Positions 53,319-64,000 of a DNA stretch of 64,000 nt are shown here, piece after piece. The notes under the pieces are model-generated. The model was not told the DNA's origin, did not search any database, and saw only the letters and a list, made by a program, of their open reading frames with translations. Source of the DNA: Eledone cirrhosa (lineage: Eukaryota). Position 1 is the stretch's first letter. Every line of letters begins with the position of its first letter. Made by a program: the position numbers and the translations under genes. The stretch covers positions 35,216,001 to 35,280,000 of the forward strand of contig OZ024755.1 in the NCBI GenBank assembly GCA_964016885.1, read 5' to 3'.

Positions 53319-53720
53319 TAATAGGCCTGACCTAGTGGTTTTTGACAAGGGAAAAAGATCGTGCCTGATTGTAGATGTAGGCTGCCTCTTTGACACAAGA
53401 GTGCAAGAAAAGGAGAAAAGGAAAATTAACTGATACCAGGAGTTAAAAAGTATTTGGGACTATCATGAGATCAAGGTTGTACCGATTGTCATAGAAACAC
53501 TAGGTACTAGCTCGAAGAGCTTCCAAAGATAGTTAAAGAACATTAGTCCAGCCCCGTTTTTTGGATCACTTCAAAAGGCATGCTTGCTGGGAACAGCAAG
53601 GACCCTCCAATACGCCCTGAATATCTGAGGCTACAGGTAGCGACTTAATGTTCATTTGAACAAACTTTCCAATTAAATGAGATCAATGACTGTGATTCCA
53701 AGAAAAATAATAATAATAAT
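53319..53720 (+). mobile_element. R4/Dong-type non-LTR element 3' fragment (restriction-like endonuclease)
   Basis: NRPDLVVFDKGKRSCLIVDVGCLFDTRVQEKEKRKIN*YQEL..KVVPIVIETLG..LQKACLLGTARTLQYALNI*; ends at (TAA)n. Confidence 0.8.
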
Positions 53721-53721
53721 G

Positions 53722-54990
53722 ATTTATTTATTGGCCACAAGGGCCAACATGTAGAGGACAATACAAAGACAGGGACAGTGGGGGGGGGGGTTACAATAAG
53801 GTCGAGTAAGGTCTTGCACAATGGCAAGACTAATTTAACAATGAAGATATAAAAATATAAAATAAACTATGCATAAATATAACAAAATAAATTCCCCTGT
53901 AGGGGGGGTGGACGACCCAGGGGTGACTCAGGTACCCCACCAATCCTGAACCACCCTGCGCTTCTAGGGCACCCAGGGAGAGCACCCCTCTCCTCAAATT
54001 AGCTAGCCTATAGGCGCATGGTCAGAGTAGGCCCATTCAGACGGGCCATTCTCGCCACATTCATCCACCTTTTAGCAAATGTACAGCACTTCTCTCTCCA
54101 CCCTTACCCTCCTTTCCAGGTGAAACTTTAAGAAGTTGATGAAGGATTGGCTGAAGAGAAAGCATCTGTCTTCAGTCCTTTCAATCTGGTCCACCATATA
54201 ACCTCTTTCGTAACTACCACCAGACACAGGAAAATTGCCTGCTGTCCCTGACCAAAGGAAGGCAGTGGGTTGATCTTCACTATGGACTCGGCCGATAGCA
54301 AGATCCGTTCTACATGTCACAACAGCTATTCGACATAACTCCACAAGTCAGTAATGCACGAACATTGGCCAAGTGTGTGCAGAACGGTTTCGTCGCTCTG
54401 TGCACATCTTGGGCAGGTCCGACTGACAAAACTTCCGTGCCTGTAGAGTTTATCTCAAACTGGCAGTGCCTCCCGGTACCACTGCCAAGCAAGGGATTTC
54501 TGGAAATTATCCATCGTCCCCAGCTCGAAAGTCCTCCGGAACAGACTGGTCAGATCGACTTCGTCGAGGCCCAAAGCTTCTCCGATTGCGTCATCGCACT
54601 TGCCCACCACTAATCCTCTATAGAACTCAAGAGTGGAAGTTCCACTGATCGCATTGCCCGCTTGGTAGAGGGCAGTGAGTTGCTGGCAACATTCCAGGTG
54701 CCAGTCACCCAGTCTTGGTCTCTTCTTGACCCAGGACTGCAGCTCAGTCAAAGAAATGAGCTGCGGAAAGGCCCATCTGATAAACGGCGACCACACCTGT
54801 TCACCGTTTAGGCAGACTATGTGGAGACGTCGCAGCCTCAGCGCATGTCTGCGCATCATTAGCCACGGCATGCCCAGCCCTCCACGTAGAGGATGCTGGC
54901 AGCAGATGGACCGCCTCACGAACGGAACTTGTCTTCTCCACAAGAATCTGAAGAGGAGCTGTTCCAAAAATGGTGATGGCAGGATTTAGA
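53722..54990 (-). mobile_element. L1/Tx1-clade LINE 3' fragment
   Basis: LFRFLW...RGGLGMP, FQKSLAWQWYREALPV, zinc knuckle CPRCAQSDETVLHTLGQC; aataaa near the 3' end. Confidence 0.85.
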
Positions 54991-55249
54991 AAGATACAGA
55001 ACTGGTTTAAAACCCAAATCAAATGAAATCAAATACAAATAAGGAGCAATAAAATATATCTCAATAAAGGAACAAACAGCCAGAGAACACGGAATATCCT
55101 GGATTATACAAAGGCCAATTGACTTTTCTCATTTATGTTATCTGGCTCTTCACCACTTAACTTTTCAGTAAATTTAATTCTCTACAATCATCATCATCAT
55201 TATTATCATTACCAACATCATCATCATCACCCTCTCCATCACCAGCTCC

Positions 55250-55493
55250 AAAAAGCACCCAGCACACAATATAAAGTGGGCATGTAGGAGACACAGCAAA
55301 AAGCATCATACAATAAATGTAAATGTGGTTGGCGTTAGGAAGGGCATCCATCCATAGAAAACCAGCCAGAAACAGTCCTATATGAGCGAGACACGGTCTC
55401 CCGACGCCACTTCCATCTAAATGGAACAAACCCGTCTAACACATGCTAGCCTGGAAGATAGATGTTAATTGATGATGATGATAATGATGATGA
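55250..55493 (+). mobile_element. RTE 3' UTR or SINE tail fragment
   Basis: ggttggcgttaggaagggcatcc...gatgttaattgatgatg. Confidence 0.75.
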
Positions 55494-55892
55494 TATATAC
55501 ACACATATATATATTCTCACAAGTGGATGCCCATTGGGATTCTTGAGTTTCCTTTTGTTTCTCAATTGTAGAATTGATGTGGTTGATAGTTTAGTTGTTG
55601 GCAACCTGATCATGTAACATGTGGTATTGGGCTACATGTTACATCTAGCTACCAAAATTGTGATAACATGCATACATATATACTTATATATAGCTACATA
55701 CATAAAATTGAATAGTTGAATTCAACTATTTAATAGATGAAGTGTAATTAATAATTAAGTATTGCATATGAACAATATATATTGTAATCAACATTTGTAG
55801 ACAATTTATAATAGACACAGAAACATATGTCTAAGCAAATAAATTCATAAACTCTTCACGGCAACGTTTTATTTTTCTTGGTGCAATACTTG

Positions 55893-55990
<98 letters not shown>

Positions 55991-56649
55991 TGAAAAATGG
56001 CGAGCTATGTTGTTGCAAATATAATATATATAATAAAGAATTAGAAATAGAAGCCAGGACTATCCATCATCAGTGGTGTACTGGCCATCATAGGTATTTC
56101 TTCGCATTACAGACCATATACCTCCAGGTAGGGCAATACAATAACTAAATTAAGTTATTGGGATAAAAAGAGTTGGGTGGAGAAAGAGAGACAGGTAAAC
56201 AGACAGGAATGGTGAGGCAACGTAAAGAGAGGAAAAAATGAGAAAATCAAGTCAATAATTCATTTTGAACATAAGAACTTGCGAATATTGACGAGAAGGC
56301 AAAGACACATCTTGGCCGAGCGGATGTGAGCGAGGAAAGAATCTCGTACGGTGTGGGACGATGGAGGAAGTGAGAGAGAGGGTGAGTAGCAGAGAGTGAG
56401 GGAGTGAAAGTGTGAGGAAGAGGCTAGCCGAGAGAGGGTGACTAGCAGAGGGGGTGAGTGAAAGTAAGAGGGAGAAGGAGAGAGAAAGAGGATAGCAGTA
56501 AGGGAAGAGAAAAAGACAGGTCACAGCGAAGGGGAAAGCATATAGGAATGAAAAATGGCAAGCTGTGTTGTTGCAAATATGATATATATAATAAAGAATT
56601 AGAAATAGAAGCCAGGACTATCATATATATATATATATATATATACACG

Positions 56650-57220
56650 TAATAAAATAAAACAAGTGCGAGTGGTTACTCCTTCATTATGTTTATTGGT
56701 TGGTGACGCTCGTTTTGCCACCGATCAGCTTGAGGTTCGATCTGTATCGATCCAGCCCGACTCTGTAATCCACAGCTCGTCAGACCTTTTTAGTGGTTAT
56801 GAAAAAAGGGTCTGACGAACTAGATTACAGAGTTGATACAGATTGAACCTTGAGCTGATCGGTGGTGAAACGTGCTTCACCAACCAAGAAACGTAATGAA
56901 GTAATAACCACTCGTCCTTGTTATGTTATTATACTACACTCTGTCTAGCTCTACACCTCGATACAGAAGTGAACCTAAACATCGAGTGCTCACCCGGGTG
57001 AACCTACAGTAACTCCACGTTACTCTCCCTGGATATATATATATATATATAGGGAGTGTAACGTGGAGTTACTGTAGGTTCATCTCTAAGCTCTATATGT
57101 TCATTCTGTCATTACTACAGCAGAGGTCCGACGAGCTTTTGATTCCAGAGCTTGAGCTGATCAATAGCGAAACACGTGTCATACTCAATAAACATAATGA
57201 AGACATAACAAATCGTCCTT
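56650..57220. mobile_element. Fold-back Penelope-like terminal-repeat cluster with three hammerhead motifs
   Basis: ~140-bp inverted repeat (56650-56790 / 56803-56932); motifs at 56702-56786 (-), 56809-56881 (+), 57125-57183 (+); second inverted repeat around (TA)n at 56999-57083. Confidence 0.7.
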
Positions 57221-57639
57221 TTATAGCAGGCATGTCAAATTGAAGGTCCCCCGAAGGCCACATGGGGCAAATATGTGTTGTCTGAGGGCCACACATGACA
57301 GCTAATTGCGCACATTACAATAATATTTTTTTTTTATATTACGCTCACGCTGTAAAAACCTTTGTACGGGGTGCAGGTGTGCTTGTAAAGGACCGCATGT
57401 TCTGAGTTCAAATCCACCGAGGTTACCATACGGGGTCGATAACAAAGTACCAGTAATACATTTGGGTAATTGCTGGCCTTTATTTATTTATTTATGTGTG
57501 TATATAGACATGTATATACATATGTATATATATATATATATATACACATATATACATACATATATATATATATATTTATTTATTTATGTGTGTATATAGA
57601 CATGTATATACATATGTATATATATATATATATATATAT

Positions 57640-57805
57640 GGTGGCTGCCAACTCGTTTTCGAGTACGGCCACTACTTTATATCCATGTAGGAGAACCCCT
57701 ACCGATGCGCTGAACGAGTGTGACTTTTTAGTCCAGCCAGCCACTTGAAAACTCTGGTACAAACACTACACTTGTGACAATTATTGACACATAGTGCTGG
57801 GCCCT
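57640..57805 (-). mobile_element. RTE-type 3' end fragment with C2H2 finger
   Basis: Near-identical to 35746-35910. Confidence 0.8.
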
Positions 57806-57822
57806 TGTATATATACACACAC

Positions 57823-57853
<31 letters not shown>

Positions 57854-58119
57854 TATGTATATATATATATGTGTATATATATGTATGTATATATATATAT
57901 GTGTATACATATGTATGTATATATATATATGTGTATACATATGTGTATATATATATATGTGTATATATATATATGTGTATATATATATGTGTGTATATAT
58001 ATATGTGTGTATATATATATGTGTATATATATATATGCGTATATATATATATGTATATATGTATATATATATGTGTATATATATGTGTATATATATATGT
58101 ATATATATATATGTATATA

Positions 58120-58154
<35 letters not shown>

Positions 58155-58156
<2 letters not shown>

Positions 58157-58483
58157 CATTCATCATTCCATTTTACGTCCGCTTTTTCCCTGCTTGCAAG
58201 GGTGGGACGGGAACTGATTCTGGCTTGATTTCTACAGCTGGATGCCCTTCCTAACACCAACCTCATTTACAGTGAGTTCTGGGTGCTTTTTTGCCGTGGC
58301 ACCTACACGACCACTTTGCAGTGGAATGATAGGGACCCCAGTCCTATCATCTCATTTCTACAGCTGAGTAAACTGGAGCAATGTGAAATGAAGTGTCTTG
58401 CTCAAGGAAACAACACATCACCCGGACTGAGAATTGAACTCACAACCTTTCGATTGCAAGCCCAATGCTCTAACCACTAAGCC
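58155..58483 (-). mobile_element. SINE family B
   Basis: Matches the family. Confidence 0.9.
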
Positions 58484-59675
<1,192 letters not shown>

Positions 59676-60211
59676 TCTGTTTTGCTTACTAATGTACTAA
59701 CATTAATAGGTTGTAAATTTATGAGTACTTAACATTTACTTTTAGACATAAACAGAATAAGTCTTTTGATTGAAAAACAAAGTGAATTTTGAATGAAATC
59801 CAATTTGTAACTGGCAAATGTTGTTTTCGTCCCATGGGTTATTCGTGAATATTCACTATACTCACAAGAAACACTGCTTCATATAGTCACCGTGTGATAT
59901 CACATCACTTACTATATTGCTATTTAATATTGCTTTCTCTTATGTAATGTAAAGAAGTAACGAAAAAATATATATATATAACATGTAAGAATGGCCAGAT
60001 CTGAAATGAAGAGAGGGAAAAAAAAATAACTAAACTAAAGTTTGCCTGCACCTTACAAACAAAATACATTTACTCATATATGTATATATATATATATATA
60101 CATGGATAAGCATGTATATGCATACACACACATACATATACTGTGTCCCATGAGTAAGGTGGCTTTTAACATAATGTTGAAATGCTGCATTATTTATTGG
60201 ACACGCTGTTG

Positions 60212-60972
<761 letters not shown>

Positions 60973-61274
60973 TTGATAAACACAACCACAATTTTTCTTT
61001 TTCTCCCCCACTCTCTTTCTATCCCCCTCTCTCTCTATATATATATATGTCATCATCATCATCGTTTAACATCTATCTTCCATGCTAGCATGGGTTATCA
61101 TCTTCTACATCTATTTATCCATTAGTGGTGCCATAACCAAGTACATCCTCCAGCTCACTCTCTCTCTAGCATTGCTATCTACATTTCCCCTGCTTCTAAC
61201 CCATTGTTATCTTCAAGAACATCTTTCTATATGGTGGTTGGTTTCTTGTCTGCCAGCAGGTTCCTTGCAATGTT

Positions 61275-61516
61275 TCACATCTCTGACCAATGCCAGCCTC
61301 ACATCTCTGACCAATGCCAGCCTCACATCTCTGGCCAATGCCAGCCTCACATCTCTGGCCAATGCCAGCCTCACATCTCTGGCCAATGCCAGCCTCACAT
61401 GTCTGGCCAATGCCAGCCTCACATGTCTGGCCAATGCCAGCCTCACATGTCTGGCCAATGCCAGCCTCACATCTCTGGCCAATGCCAGCCTTACATCTCT
61501 GACCAATGCCAGCCTC
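61275..61516. repeat. 24-bp minisatellite (~10 copies)
   Basis: Unit cacatctctggccaatgccagcct. Confidence 0.93.
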
Positions 61517-61729
61517 CTACAACTTATAGTGTCAGAAAGGCAAAGGTGAGAACCTAGAGTAATTGCCCTCCAGGATAGTTTCTGGACTTTTCTCAGCATT
61601 TGTGTGAATGTACCATTAACTATCTGTGAGTGCTTTGATCCGTTTTCATGATTCACGTCTATAGAAGAGAAATGGACTCAACCATTGCTTTGAATAGTCT
61701 TATTTTCATTGTTTTATTGATTGGTGTGG

Positions 61730-62190
61730 ACTGGGTACTTTTTGTCGTGACACCTACACAACCTCTTTACAGTGGGTACTGGGTGCTTTTTGTCGTGACA
61801 CCTACACAACCTCTTTACAGTGAGTACTGGGTGCTTTTTGTCGTGACACCTACACAACCTCTTTACAGTGAGTACTGGGTGCTTTTTGTCGTGACACCTA
61901 CACAACCTCTTTACAGTGAGTACTGGGTGCTTTTTGTCGTGACACCTACACAACCTCTTTACAGTGAGTACTGGGTGCTTTTTGTCGTGACACCTACACA
62001 ACCTCTTTACAGTGAGTACTGGGTGCTTTTTGTCGTGACACCTACATAACCTCTTTACAGTGAGTACTGGGTGCTTTTTGTTGTGACACCTACACAACCT
62101 CTTTACAGTGAGTACTGGGTGCTTTTTGTCATGACATCTACTGGACCACTTTACAGTGAGTACTGGGTGCTTTTTGTCGTGGCATTTACA
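61730..62190. repeat. 48-bp minisatellite (~9-10 copies) derived from the RTE 3' UTR / SINE B segment
   Basis: Unit actgggtgctttttgtcgtgacacctacacaacctctttacagtgagt; compare tttacagtgagtgctgggtgcttttttgccgtggcacct in SINE B. Confidence 0.88.
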
Positions 62191-62597
62191 CATATTTATG
62201 AATGCAGTACTTCAGAAGTATGCTGAGCTACACAATCAGGTTGACATAGTATTGACATGAGACTAGTTCTCCTGTGCAATTTTTCTTGAACACCCCCGCA
62301 GATAACGATAACAATAGCTTTTATACACACATACTCTCACATTCACATACAGATGTAAACACACACATAATAGCTGCTGGGACACTGCAACTTCAAAATG
62401 TCCATTCTTCCTGAAATTCGCCAACACTACACCTGATATTCCCCCTCCGTACACACGCATGCATGTATCTGTCTGTCTATCATGACTCATACACTGTTCA
62501 CTTTCCTGACATTTGTATATTAGTCTATGTACTATACATGCACCTTTGATGAGTTGTAGTGCACCTGAGCACTGTACATAATAATTTTCATTATTCG

Positions 62598-62825
62598 ATG
62601 TTAACTTTGCCTTTCATCCTTACAGGGTCGATAAAATAAAGTACCAGTAATACACTGAGATAATTGCTGGCCTTGTGCCAAAAGTAGAAACAATTATTAA
62701 TTTAATTAGATCAAATGCTGCCGAGGTAAACTTTGCCTTTCATCCTTACAGAGTCGATAAAATAAAGTACCAGTAATGTACTGGGTAATTTGCTGGCCTT
62801 GTGCCAAAAGTAGAAACAATTATTA
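62598..62825 (+). mobile_element. Two SINE A 3' fragments
   Basis: Match the family. Confidence 0.82.
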
Positions 62826-63095
62826 TTATTATTAAACACATACATGAGCCAATGAAGGAATCCATATCTTCTAGACCCCTGGCATGACACAAAATATTAT
62901 GGAATTTTAGGTACTCCTGAAAAACAGGATGGTCTTAGTTGGAATGTATTTAATCATAGTTTTTGATGAGTGTTGATTCGAGATGAAATAGCAACAAGAA
63001 GAACAACAAAAAGCTCACCCATATAGAAAGATGCTCCATTTTGATACCAAACCATTTGAAACTGGGCCTAGCTCTACAATACAAATCAATTTATT

Positions 63096-63445
63096 TTAAC
63101 CCTTCACCATTTACATTTCTCTATATATACTATTATATATTGAGGGTAAAGGCTTTACCACGCTTAATTATCTCATAACATTTACATTACTCTATATTTA
63201 CTATTATATATTGAGGATAAAGGCTTTACCTTGCTTAATTATCTCATAACATTTACATTACTCTATATTTACTATTATATATTGAGGATAAAGGCTTTAC
63301 CACACTTAATTATTCCACATAATATCAAATCTATGAGATTTTGATATTATTTATTTTTAGAACAATACCTTGACATCAGTATGAGCGACAAGTTATAGCC
63401 GGTTTGAACTGAAAGAGGTGAGAGAATTTTGGCCGGATATGGCCA
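63096..63445 (-). mobile_element. piggyBac-like MITE with internal ~70-bp triplication
   Basis: catttacattactctatatttactattatatattgagg occurs three times. Confidence 0.75.
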
Positions 63446-63489
63446 ATATTATATACATATTGTACATTAATTTACAGATTATGCATAAT

Positions 63490-64000
63490 AATTGTTTCTA
63501 CTTTTGGCACAAGGCCAGCAATTACTTCAGTGGATTACTGGTACTTTGGAACTTTATCATATCGACCCCTGTAAGGATGAAAGGCAAAGTTAACCTCAGC
63601 GGGATTTGAACTCAGACCGCAAAGGGCCGTAACTCTATGCTGCTAAGCATGGTGTCCGACCCTCTACTGATACTGCCAATACACTGATCATACATAATAA
63701 TACATATACATAATATTACATGTATCATAATATACATAGTATCACGTAATGTACAATATATTCCACATAGCGGAATGTATTCGATACATAGTAGACATAA
63801 TTGTGTCTACTTTTGGCACAAGGCCAGCAATTACCCAGTGCATTACTGGTACTTTATTTTATCGACCCCGTAAGGATGAAAGGCAAAGTTAACCTCGAAG
63901 TTTCTACTTTTGGCACAAGGCCAGCAATTACCCAGTGCATTACTGGTACTTTATTTTATCGACCTCGTAAGGATGAAAGGCAAAGTTAACCTCGAAGTTT
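63490..64000 (-). mobile_element. SINE A copy (63490-63680) and tandem ~97-bp SINE A tail units running off the window edge
   Basis: Units end gttaacctcgaag at ~63900 and ~63997. Confidence 0.82.

Noticed and set aside
61082-61656. Overlapping ORFs across the 24-bp repeat
   Set aside because: Open in several frames only because the unit lacks stops; no homology or splice evidence.

Overview
Eukaryotic, AT-rich, intron- or intergenic-like DNA with very long (TA)n/(CATA)n/(GT)n microsatellites. The repeat content points to a coleoid cephalopod, most likely an octopus; this is inference and was not database-checked. No intact host gene is evident, only two weak candidate minus-strand exons. The window holds many decayed transposons: RTE-clade LINEs (one near full length, with a PHD-type finger inside the RT), an L1/Tx1 fragment, an R4/Dong-type endonuclease fragment, hAT and DD37D/maT transposase relics, piggyBac-, hAT- and Tc1-type MITEs, and two abundant tRNA-derived SINE families. 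One SINE shares its 3' tail with a local RTE. The most notable hidden signal is about ten hammerhead-ribozyme motifs from several unrelated sequence families. Most lie in fold-back elements inside microsatellites, the architecture of Penelope-like terminal repeats. One well-folded copy sits in a ~441-bp terminally redundant unit that resembles a retrozyme. A second theme is repeated minisatellite birth from internal LINE/SINE segments. Coordinates were read by eye and may be off by a few bases.
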